Positions 1 to 8,535 of a DNA stretch of 30,343 bases are shown one piece after another. Source of the stretch: Candidatus Thorarchaeota archaeon SMTZ1-45 (lineage in GTDB: Archaea; Asgardarchaeota; Thorarchaeia; Thorarchaeales; Thorarchaeaceae); the NCBI GenBank assembly GCA_001563335.1, contig LRSL01000110.1, positions 1 through 30,343 on the forward strand, in the 5' to 3' direction. Under the pieces are notes generated by a model. The model did no database searches and was not told the DNA's origin. It was given only the letters and a program-made list of their open reading frames with translations. A program made the translations under genes and the position numbers. Positions within the stretch are counted from its first letter, which is position 1; the number at the start of each line of letters is the position of its first letter.

Positions 1-1
1 C

Positions 2-202
2 ATATTTATGCCTGATGACAACGACCTTGCTGATATTGAGCAGAAGTGTCGTAGTGGTGATATTCTCTGTGGTGAGTGTAAACAAATTCTGGCTCCTATG
101 ATGATGGAGTTTCTTGAGAAGCATCAAGCCGCAAGAGATGATGTCAAGGATCGAGTCCATGAGTTCTCAGCAGACCGACTTCGTGAAGAAATTCGCAAGT
201 AG
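2..202 (+). CDS. trpS: Tryptophanyl-tRNA synthetase, archaeal/eukaryotic type, C-terminal fragment (gene starts before the window)
   Basis: The frame is open from the window start. 'DDNDLADIEQKCRSGDILCGECKQILA...FLEKHQAAR' matches the archaeal TrpRS C-terminal 'cRsG.llcGecK' segment. Confidence 0.88.
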   Translation: MFMPDDNDLADIEQKCRSGDILCGECKQILAPMMMEFLEKHQAARDDVKDRVHEFSADRLREEIRK

Positions 203-324
203 GAAGATTCTCAATACGACTATACTACATGAAATGCTATTTTATTGACGAATGGTTGTGTGACGAAGTCTTAAATGCCTATGTCGAGAATGGCCCTTAG
301 GAACAGACTCCGGAGAGTTTGATA

Positions 325-1353
325 ATGGGTTCAGAAGCAGAAGCAGCGGACATGTTCAAGTGTCCTGTCTGCAATGGAAATGTGAAGACCGGACCCGATG
401 ACGTTGTTATTACTTGTACATATTGTGGCAGCACTACCACAGATGAAGGAAAAGCAATTGGTGATCATCTGATGGAAACTGCTATCGATGGGGAAACTCG
501 AACAGAAGGATTCCGCAACTTTCTCGACAAAAATAAAGGAATGAATAAATCTCTTGTGAAGGACGCGCAAGTTGTAGAAAATCGACTGATCTATGTTCCT
601 GTATGGATTGCGAAAGTAAAAGCTGATTCATACTACAAGGGATACAAAACCGTCCAAGTACCGGTGCAAAAAACAAGGACTGTCAGGGATTCCGATGGTC
701 ATACGAGAACAGAAACCTATACTGATTACGAAACAGGCTATGTCCCTGTCCAAGACGAGATTCATACAGATACTGATGAACCTCTCTTAGCTAGAAAAGG
801 AGCTAGGTTTTATGGACTCGAAGATTATCTTGATACCATTAACCTGAGTCATACAGTTCCTTATGACTTTGAGAAGATTAAAGACCTTGAACCAACAATT
901 CTGAATGCAGAGATTGGTTCTGAAGAGTTTGAAAAGGCAGTTCACGGACGCGTGGCTGATCGACATAGATCTCAAGCAGCTAGTGGACTAACAGAACTCT
1001 TTGACTGTAGAACAACCACCAGTGTGAGAGGTACAACATACCTCCAAGCACCATTCTCTTTGGTACGTTACAAGTTTCAAGGCGACCTCTATAAGGCTGC
1101 AATTGATGGCCACACTGGAAAAGTAGTTCTTGGTGAGATTCCCATTACAAGGGGTCAACGCATTCTTTGGACTATTGTTGGCTTGATTGGTATTATTGTA
1201 TCTGGTGTTGGAGGAGAACTCCTCCTTATGGGGATGGGAGTCGATGATACTTTATTCATCATTGGCGGTATCGCATCTGTGCTCCTCGGAATAATCATGA
1301 CATTCTTTGGATTCCGGGTGTTGATAATGACCGAGCGGACAAAGAAGGGGTGA
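325..1353 (+). CDS. Zinc-ribbon protein with two C-terminal transmembrane helices (paralog 1)
   Basis: N-terminal CPVC...CTYC, internal YVPVW and 'PFSLVRYKFQGDLYKAAIDGHTGKV' motifs, two hydrophobic helices and a basic tail. ATG at 325 follows GGAGAG (312-317). TTG at 319 is an alternative start. Confidence 0.8.
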   Translation: MGSEAEAADMFKCPVCNGNVKTGPDDVVITCTYCGSTTTDEGKAIGDHLMETAIDGETRTEGFRNFLDKNKGMNKSLVKDAQVVENRLIYVPVWIAKVKADSYYKGYKTVQVPVQKTRTVRDSDGHTRTETYTDYETGYVPVQDEIHTDTDEPLLARKGARFYGLEDYLDTINLSHTVPYDFEKIKDLEPTILNAEIGSEEFEKAVHGRVADRHRSQAASGLTELFDCRTTTSVRGTTYLQAPFSLVRYKFQGDLYKAAIDGHTGKVVLGEIPITRGQRILWTIVGLIGIIVSGVGGELLLMGMGVDDTLFIIGGIASVLLGIIMTFFGFRVLIMTERTKKG

Positions 1354-1357
1354 TATT

Positions 1358-2329
1358 ATGGCAAGATGTGCGTTTTGTGATGCAGATTTCAAAATAGGAC
1401 CTGGAGACCTTTTACTAGTCTGTCCATATTGTGGCACCGCCCAAACGACAGATGGTGCAAAGTTTCAGGACCACTACATGATACGTGTGCACTTCGATCA
1501 ATATGAGGCACAGACAACCCTTCTCGATTGGGTATCAAAGCAGCTCGGTGTTCCTGCTGACCTTCCAGTACAAACAAAGTTTGTTCAGACTCAACAAATT
1601 TGGTATCCTTTCTGGATAAGTAGAGTTGACGCTGACACTACCTATCGTGGACTTGGTAGGGATGCTCATTTCCATAATGAGTGGCCTCAGCGGAGAGGTG
1701 CTTACAAAAACATCGAGTACTTCTGGAAGCCAGAATCAGGTCAATTCACTCGAAGGCATGAGATTAACATCGCAGCTGTGAAGGATATTGATCCTGATGT
1801 TCGTGGACATCCTATACCAACCCGAGCTAAAGAATATTTCAGCCATGCTCATGCTGAAGAGTTTGATGGCAAGGTCCTGCATAGCAATATGACTATGGAG
1901 CAGGCAAAAGAATCAGCCAAACAGATTGCAATTGATCGACAGACTCAACTGATTCTATCAGAAGTTGACAAGATTGAGTCAAGGGAAGACAGAATTGATG
2001 TTGGAGAAACATTCCTGATACATGTACCAGTCTGGGAACTTGAGTATCGATATGGGAATAGGAAGTACAAAGCATCAGTATCTGCTCCAACTGGATATGT
2101 GATTGAAAGCAAATATCCGCGCTCTATGGCATTCAGAGCTGCAGGGATAGGCGTCGGTCTCATCATGCTTCTAGTAGGTATTGGCTTGATTGCTCTAGCA
2201 CTTGACCTTCTTGGATTTGGAGCGATATTTCCTGGTGGAGGCCTTATCTCAGGTGGTCTTCTGACAATCATCGGTTTAGTCCTAATGTATAAGGGTGCTT
2301 CTAGAAAAGAGGCCAAAGAAAAAGTGTAG
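1358..2329 (+). CDS. Zinc-ribbon protein with two C-terminal transmembrane helices (paralog 2)
   Basis: CAFC...CPYC, WYPFW and 'HVPVWELEYRYGNRKYKASVSAPTGYV'. It is colinear with the upstream ORF, starts 4 nt after the upstream TGA, and has a GGGGTG SD overlapping that stop. Confidence 0.8.
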   Translation: MARCAFCDADFKIGPGDLLLVCPYCGTAQTTDGAKFQDHYMIRVHFDQYEAQTTLLDWVSKQLGVPADLPVQTKFVQTQQIWYPFWISRVDADTTYRGLGRDAHFHNEWPQRRGAYKNIEYFWKPESGQFTRRHEINIAAVKDIDPDVRGHPIPTRAKEYFSHAHAEEFDGKVLHSNMTMEQAKESAKQIAIDRQTQLILSEVDKIESREDRIDVGETFLIHVPVWELEYRYGNRKYKASVSAPTGYVIESKYPRSMAFRAAGIGVGLIMLLVGIGLIALALDLLGFGAIFPGGGLISGGLLTIIGLVLMYKGASRKEAKEKV

Positions 2330-2360
2330 GTTCACCCCCTACACTCCCTTTTCTTTTTTT
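2323..2360 (+). terminator. Hairpin plus U-tract terminator after the zinc-ribbon gene pair
   Basis: 8-bp stem AGTGTAGG (2323-2330)/CCTACACT (2338-2345), followed by CCCTTTTCTTTTTTT. Confidence 0.65.
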
Positions 2361-3519
2361 ATAATCTACCTAGTGGTGATGAGTTTTCTACAGTTTTGAA
2401 GACTCCGCCAAAATCATCAAGAAGTGATTTTTCTTTTGTCCAAATACTAATGTCTGGGGTCAGTAATGTTTCTAGAACAGTGATTGCATTCTCTTTTGTG
2501 TCAAGAATTACTTGATCAGAATCAAGTGCTGAGTTTACACCTGCACGAACAAGCCAAGGTCCAAGAATGCTGTTGTTACCGTTCCGTGCGTAATGAAAAA
2601 TAGTAACATGTGATGACTCTCCTCTCCTGATAAGATCTTTGTAAACAGAGAATCTAGCATGGTCTGCAAAAACAGATGTTTTTGAATCCAATGTAATATT
2701 CTTGACTCCTTCTAGACTGACATCACGGTCAAAACCTCTTTGGGTCCTTTCAATCCTAAAGTAATCCACTTGTGGTTTTCCAGGTTGAACGAATATTGTA
2801 AAGTTCTCTCCATGAATCTCAGACATCCCAATTCTGAAATGAGATGATTCATGTTTTCCAGAGAGCTCCATCAAGCAACGACTAATGTATGCGTCTATCA
2901 CAGCTTTGTATGCTCCTCTTGTCGGAACGAATCTTCTACTATCCAGTCGACCTAGTAATCCCACTGACATTAACCGAGCAACTTGGTCAATTGAGTAATC
3001 ATAATCAAACAGTTTCCAAGCAGCCTCGGAAGCTGGGATATCAAGTTCAACGATTCTTTTTGCCACTCTGCTAATTTCCGGATTTGATACAATCTCTAAT
3101 GATGTGATTTCAACAGGTGTGCTTGACGGTAGTTGTCCTCCAAGTGGTTGAAGATTCCTTGGGGGAAGGTCAGCTATCTCGACTTCAATAGCAACTGGGA
3201 TTACCGAAAGGGCAATTGTCTGCAGTGCCTCTACAAACTTCAACGGTTCTCTCTCGCGTGCATTGATTGGAACAATGAGCCTATACAACCTCCGCCTCAT
3301 AGACAAGATAGCTTCTCTATCCAGTCCTATCCATGACTCAGGATGATCGAATATTGAGAGATATTCTGAAGGCTCCGGTGAGGCCAATACGCCTGCCATC
3401 AGGAATGGATATTTCGCTGCCTCTATAGCTATGCCAGGTGGACTGAATGCTGTTAAATGACGACTTGGTTCAGCTTGTCCAAGTTGCAGCTGAGTCGTAC
3501 GAATCTGATCGAGTGCCAT
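2359..3519 (-). CDS. Nre-family (DUF650/DUF651, NreA-like) DNA repair protein, divergent
   Basis: Recognisable Nre motifs: 'SPPGIAI...KYP', 'DHPESWIG', 'RLMSVGLLG...RRFVPTR' and 'LGPWLVRAGV'. ATG at 3519 follows AAGGGGAAGG. The ORF track extends the start to 3555. Confidence 0.75.
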   Translation of the reverse strand: MALDQIRTTQLQLGQAEPSRHLTAFSPPGIAIEAAKYPFLMAGVLASPEPSEYLSIFDHPESWIGLDREAILSMRRRLYRLIVPINAREREPLKFVEALQTIALSVIPVAIEVEIADLPPRNLQPLGGQLPSSTPVEITSLEIVSNPEISRVAKRIVELDIPASEAAWKLFDYDYSIDQVARLMSVGLLGRLDSRRFVPTRGAYKAVIDAYISRCLMELSGKHESSHFRIGMSEIHGENFTIFVQPGKPQVDYFRIERTQRGFDRDVSLEGVKNITLDSKTSVFADHARFSVYKDLIRRGESSHVTIFHYARNGNNSILGPWLVRAGVNSALDSDQVILDTKENAITVLETLLTPDISIWTKEKSLLDDFGGVFKTVENSSPLGRL

Positions 3520-3694
3520 TGCCTTCCCCTTTCTGAATTCAGACCCATTAATCAAAAGCAGTGAATTCGCTAAGTGAGTTCTCTGTTAGATTATTCTTCT
3601 TAGACGAACTCTAGGAGAGGTGAGGGAGATGTCCGAAAGTATCTCCACCGCGAAAGACATATAGTCTTGACAAATTTGGCGATGTAAAGAGACC

Positions 3695-5314
3695 GTGGGA
3701 GAATTGAAAGAGCTGACCGAAGAAATTGCCAATGACTCTTATGAGACGAACATGGACACAGATGTTGGTGATTTTCATAAATGGCTCATCAAGAATAAAA
3801 TTGCCCTTACGATTTTCATAGCTGCAGTTGTTGCCACAGGTCTATCTTGCGTATACTATCTCTCCACAATGCTATCTTATACCAACCCCGGTTTTACACT
3901 GGATGACTCATGGATTCACCTTCAATTTGCAAGGACCATTTATGAGGGAAACCCTTGGGAATATTCGCCAGGTTACCCAAGTACTGGATCAACAAGTCCT
4001 CTCTGGTCTGTTATAATTTCTGTACTATTCTATTTCTCATCTGATCCAGTGGGATTGGCATGGGGTGTCTATATAATTTCAACTTGTTTCTATATGGCTT
4101 CATCATTCATTGTCGGAATGATTGTCACAGATTATACTGAAAGTTCATTTTGGGGAGTTCTATCAATCATTGGTTTTGTAGTAGTACCTAGAAATACATG
4201 GTTGATGTTATCCGGAATGGAAACACCTCTATTTGTCTTTGTGCTCCTCCTCTCAATCTTCATTCTTGATAAAGAAGATATCAAGTATGATTTAGTTCTA
4301 GGAGTATTAGTTGGTTTCTCATTCCTTTCAAGACCAGAGGGGATAATAATTGCTTTTGGAGTACCAGTTAGATTTCTTATTCTTGCCGTAAAGAAAAAAA
4401 TCGATAGAAAAAGAATTGTGACTCTGTTTATTTCAGTTGGTCTAGCTGTTGTAGTTGTATTGCCATGGATTTTGCACTGCATGAATGTGACTGGACTACC
4501 TTTGCCAGACACGTTCTATGCAAAGGTACACACGCCTCTAGAATCTGAGATTGAAGCTTGGAACTTTTGGTGGTCGATATATGTGCATGAGCTGCCATTT
4601 CTCTTAGTTGGAGTCTTCGTAGGCATAGCCTTGATTGTTAAGGGGAAACCATTTCCATGGATGTTCCCTGTTGTTCTGACTGTTTTGTACAGATTGACAG
4701 CTCCTTATGCTTCACTGATTAATAATAGTAGGTATCTCGTTCCAGTTTTCGATCTCTTCTTTGTTGCAGCTATTATTGTTACTGCTTGGACTCTTGAGAT
4801 TATTCTAGTTGGAATACTCAAATTTTACGATACCAGTGAAACAAAGATCATTGCAGTTTTACTCACTCTAATGGTCCTGCTTGTACCACTTATCCCTCAC
4901 TATATGAGTCAGGCAACATACTATGGGAAAGCAGTCAAAACAGTGAACGATATGCACGTAAACATTGGTTACTGGTTGGCTGAGAATACACCAGAGGATG
5001 CTGTTTTTGCTACTCATGATGCAGGTGCTGTCAGATACATCTCAAACAGGACAATGATCGATTTAGCTGGTCTTGTAAGTCCTGATATCACTCATGGAAA
5101 CATGACACCACGCCAAATATTGTCGTATCTACGGGAACATGGATGTAATTATTTTGTTTATTTCAATGACCTCTTTGCCTATTGGACAAGGTACTTCTCA
5201 ACCTTAGCTTATGAGATGGTTTACACTGTTACAATTCCACCTGAGGTTCATGTTGGGGGAGGGAGACCAACGATGTCTGTCTATCAGATTTTTTGGGAAT
5301 ACACTGACTATTGA
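3695..5314 (+). CDS. Polytopic membrane protein, probable GT-C fold glycosyltransferase
   Basis: First-loop acidic motif 'TLDDSWIH', then 'GSTSPLW', 'SGMETPL', 'RPEG', 'RYLVP' and a C-terminal soluble domain with 'DAGA...IDLAGL'. Many TM segments. Confidence 0.7.
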   Translation: MGELKELTEEIANDSYETNMDTDVGDFHKWLIKNKIALTIFIAAVVATGLSCVYYLSTMLSYTNPGFTLDDSWIHLQFARTIYEGNPWEYSPGYPSTGSTSPLWSVIISVLFYFSSDPVGLAWGVYIISTCFYMASSFIVGMIVTDYTESSFWGVLSIIGFVVVPRNTWLMLSGMETPLFVFVLLLSIFILDKEDIKYDLVLGVLVGFSFLSRPEGIIIAFGVPVRFLILAVKKKIDRKRIVTLFISVGLAVVVVLPWILHCMNVTGLPLPDTFYAKVHTPLESEIEAWNFWWSIYVHELPFLLVGVFVGIALIVKGKPFPWMFPVVLTVLYRLTAPYASLINNSRYLVPVFDLFFVAAIIVTAWTLEIILVGILKFYDTSETKIIAVLLTLMVLLVPLIPHYMSQATYYGKAVKTVNDMHVNIGYWLAENTPEDAVFATHDAGAVRYISNRTMIDLAGLVSPDITHGNMTPRQILSYLREHGCNYFVYFNDLFAYWTRYFSTLAYEMVYTVTIPPEVHVGGGRPTMSVYQIFWEYTDY

Positions 5315-5377
5315 ATGGCTAACTCTCACAAATCCTTAAATCAAACATATATCCCTCATCCTTTTGGAGAATGTAGA

Positions 5378-5830
5378 TTGGTTGATGTTAGGAACCAAAT
5401 TGAGGATTACCTGAATCTTCTAAATATGCGACATTACTGGAATGAGGAGGAGGGTCTTTTCGAACTTGTTTTCAGCGAAAGGAAGGATGAACAACCTGCA
5501 AGTGAATCAACCGATGATGCTCTTTCTTTCAAGTATACAGTATTCATTAAGCCTGGAGTAAAATGGATTCAAATCTACTCAGATGTATACCCAGTGAACA
5601 AGATTCCTCCGGAAAAGAAGCATTCCGTTCTTCTTGATATTCTCAACTGCAACAGAAAATATGCTGAGGTTTGTTTTGATTTTGATGAGCCAAGAGGATG
5701 TATTGGTACATCACAAGAACTACTGATCAAGGGATTGAACTTTGATGGGTTTCGTGAGGAGTTCCTAGCTGTTCCGTGGGCTGTCAAGAAATTCTGGACA
5801 GAGATTGCTAAGAAACATGGCTTGGATTAA
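5378..5830 (+). CDS. YbjN-like (type III chaperone fold) protein, paralog 1
   Basis: Pattern 'IEDYLNLLNMRH...WIQIYS...VLLDILNCNRKYAEVCFDFD...LNFDGF'. In-frame TTG at 5378 follows GGAGA, and CCTTAAAT (TATA-like) lies at ~5333. The ORF-track ATG at 5315 is probably too far upstream. Confidence 0.65.
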   Translation: MVDVRNQIEDYLNLLNMRHYWNEEEGLFELVFSERKDEQPASESTDDALSFKYTVFIKPGVKWIQIYSDVYPVNKIPPEKKHSVLLDILNCNRKYAEVCFDFDEPRGCIGTSQELLIKGLNFDGFREEFLAVPWAVKKFWTEIAKKHGLD

Positions 5831-5909
5831 TTCCAGAATCAACACGTCAACATATCATTACTGTTCGTAGCTAATTTTACCATGTTGATGCAATACTATC
5901 CTGAGTTAA

Positions 5910-7112
5910 TTATGAGATTAATTTACGAACTTCTGAAACAATAGTATTGTATAGATTCATTGGGTCTTCAACATCAACGAAGCCACCAGTATATACATCT
6001 CCTCTTCCTCCACCTTTTCCTCCAAGTTTAATTACTTGTCCCTTTATGTAATCTGAAGCTTCTAGAGGCATACCATTTGCTCTTAGGATGACTTGAGATT
6101 TCTTTCCAAGATTGAATAGAAGGATAATGGATTGCTCATCAGTAGATAATTGGTTTGCCAAAATCTTTAGAGAACTTGCGTCATAACCTGAAAGGTATTC
6201 GTGTCTAAAGCTGACCTTACCAATCTGTTCGATCGTGGGACCACTTGATAATAGATGATTCACCTTATCGATCAACTTCTGTCTATCTTCAACCGCTTGC
6301 TTTGCTCTATCTAAAACAGCCCCCAATTGTTCTATCTCAAATGGATACGAATATTTCCTTCGAAGAACTGTATTGTAGACCTCCGAAACGTGAACTGCTG
6401 CCCTGCTACCAGTCAAGAATTCAATTTGCGTTGCTTTCTCGTTCATCTTTACATCAATTACTTTTAGGAATCCAATTTCGCCTGTCCGTGTAACATGAAT
6501 TCCTGAACACGCAGTGCTATCCATTTCTCCTATGTTAACAACTCTGAGCATGTCATGTTTTTCTTCAAGCCCCTCGCGTTTCCTAGTAGAGGGGTCGATA
6601 CATGTTGAAGCCACAAACTTACTTGTGACTGGTATATCTTGATCAATAATTTCCAAAACCTCTTGCTCAGTGGCATAGATTAAGTCAAGGCTTAATTTAG
6701 ACTTCAATAGCTCAACCGATCCATGCTCTCCATCTATCCACAGATTTCCCACGGCTATATCTTCAATCTTATTCTTGATTACTGAAACAAACAAGTGCTC
6801 TGCTGTATGGTTCTTCATCATTGATAAACGCCAATCCATGTCAATCTCAAGAATACCAGTTGCTCCTTCAACAAGTTCATTATCTGTTATCAAAACAGAT
6901 CCCTTTGAATCACTGATTGTGTCACTTATCTGAACTCGTTGATTATCAACAATTAGTTGCCCTCTATCACCTGCTTGTCCTCCCCCTGCGGGTCTTATGA
7001 CATCCTCTCCAATACGTACATGGTAAGAATCCTCATACTTCTTTGCAGATGTTATAGTGACCTTGAACTGATTCTTCTTTGGATCAATCCAATATGGGGG
7101 GATTTCGCTCAT
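5910..7112 (-). CDS. alaX: Alanyl-tRNA editing protein, AlaX-L type (editing domain plus C-terminal DHHA1-like domain)
   Basis: GGGQxxD (PAGGGQAGDRG), HxxxH (HTAEH), CxxxH (CSGIH) and C-terminal GGKGGG. SD AAGGTG precedes the ATG. Confidence 0.88.
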   Translation of the reverse strand: MSEIPPYWIDPKKNQFKVTITSAKKYEDSYHVRIGEDVIRPAGGGQAGDRGQLIVDNQRVQISDTISDSKGSVLITDNELVEGATGILEIDMDWRLSMMKNHTAEHLFVSVIKNKIEDIAVGNLWIDGEHGSVELLKSKLSLDLIYATEQEVLEIIDQDIPVTSKFVASTCIDPSTRKREGLEEKHDMLRVVNIGEMDSTACSGIHVTRTGEIGFLKVIDVKMNEKATQIEFLTGSRAAVHVSEVYNTVLRRKYSYPFEIEQLGAVLDRAKQAVEDRQKLIDKVNHLLSSGPTIEQIGKVSFRHEYLSGYDASSLKILANQLSTDEQSIILLFNLGKKSQVILRANGMPLEASDYIKGQVIKLGGKGGGRGDVYTGGFVDVEDPMNLYNTIVSEVRKLIS

Positions 7113-7282
7113 TTGTGTACACCTTCACTAATCTTATGATATGTGTGTGGATTAATTTGATTTCAAAACTGTTTCCCATCATTGCAACAGGTCAAGTCGG
7201 ACCATCTCCGCCTGCCGAAACCGATATAGCATATGCTGATTGACCTACCAATGCTCATAATTACATCTTGAGGCACTAACCT

Positions 7283-8533
7283 ATGTTCAAATTCCTGAAG
7301 TCGGACCCTGCAAAGAAAGCCAAGAAGTATATTGAGAAGGCTATTATTGAAATTGAAGAGGGATTCCCTGAGTATGCAAGTGTTGAGTATGAGAAAGCAG
7401 CTCGATGCTTTCTAGAGATCGAACAGACAGATTTCGCTGTCAAGTACTTTCGTGAAGCGTCATATTGTGCACTCGAAAACAATAATCACGTTAGATGCTC
7501 TGAGATGAAAATTGCTGCAGCGGAATGCCTTCTTCAAGAAGGAAGATATGATGAGGCCGGAAATCTTTACTCAGAATCATCCGATCATCTCCAGCGCGAA
7601 AAGAAATCAATAGAAGCAAACAGAGCTTTGGGTGTTGCGATAGTAGGTTATCTTGCTGCAAGAAACTTTAGCACTGCGATTAATCTTATGCGTAAGGCCG
7701 AGAAACGTATTCAAGATACATCGTCAAAGAAAGATCCTCATTACATTCTCGCGGAATTATGTGTAAAGATACTATGTGAAGGCGTTGATATACCATCTGA
7801 ACAATTTGAAAATGCTACAAAAAGTATCAAGCCAAAAGCGAGCGAGCGCCCTCTTTTTGAATTTCTAATCGCTTCAACTCGACTTGCTCTCCAGACCGAA
7901 ATAATTCTAGATTGGGCTGGAGCTCCTCAGAAAGAGGTGAGTGTCAAGGAACCCATCGAGATAGAATTGAGATACAAGTGTCCTGTTGAGGTTCAAATCA
8001 TCGATCGTAGACTCTCACTATCAAACAGTGTCATTATGACTAAAGAACCTGAATACACTCAGAGTCCATCTACAGAGGAATCATGGTTGCTTGAGTTCAA
8101 ACCAGTCCTCAGTGGTGAAGGAAGCATAGGACCATTCACAGTGACTTTTGAAGGTGATAAAGTACTTGTCAACAAACACACTAATGTATTGGAGTTCAAG
8201 ATTGCACGGGCTCCATCCAAATTATCATTAGAACTAAGCCCTGAAAGGGTTTCATGTAACCTTGGAGAAGAAGCAGTACTACAAATCACTATTCTCAATG
8301 AAGGCGATGGACCTGCAGAGAATATAGAAGTTGTAGTAGAACTCTCTGATGGTCTCGAGTTGTCTTTAGGAAATGAGGCGAAATTAATCAACTTCTTGGG
8401 TAGTGGAGAAAATGTGCGTTTCCAAGCTTTCGTGAAGGCTGTTGGTCAAGGAGATGAACTAGTCACCATCAAAGCGGTGGATGGTCGATCTGGGCGTGAA
8501 GTTGCGAAGACATCTCTGGTACGAGTAGGATAG
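7283..8533 (+). CDS. SNAP/TPR-like alpha-solenoid fused to two C-terminal Ig-like beta-sandwich domains
   Basis: Residues ~10-200 show helical-hairpin A/Y/F periodicity (ASVEYEKAARCF, AVKYFREAS, AGNLYSESS). Residues ~205-416 are alternating beta strands, including the CARDB/DUF11-like 'LQITILNEGDGPAENIEV...LSDGL...LGSGE'. Confidence 0.65.
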   Translation: MFKFLKSDPAKKAKKYIEKAIIEIEEGFPEYASVEYEKAARCFLEIEQTDFAVKYFREASYCALENNNHVRCSEMKIAAAECLLQEGRYDEAGNLYSESSDHLQREKKSIEANRALGVAIVGYLAARNFSTAINLMRKAEKRIQDTSSKKDPHYILAELCVKILCEGVDIPSEQFENATKSIKPKASERPLFEFLIASTRLALQTEIILDWAGAPQKEVSVKEPIEIELRYKCPVEVQIIDRRLSLSNSVIMTKEPEYTQSPSTEESWLLEFKPVLSGEGSIGPFTVTFEGDKVLVNKHTNVLEFKIARAPSKLSLELSPERVSCNLGEEAVLQITILNEGDGPAENIEVVVELSDGLELSLGNEAKLINFLGSGENVRFQAFVKAVGQGDELVTIKAVDGRSGREVAKTSLVRVG

Positions 8534-8535
8534 TA

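Noticed and set aside
5315-5377. ORF-track N-terminal extensions (also 3520-3555, 10948-10974, 13059-13094, 17992-18027, 21052-21150)
   Set aside because: Most contain the SD and/or TATA-like sequence of a better downstream start, and none adds family-like residues.
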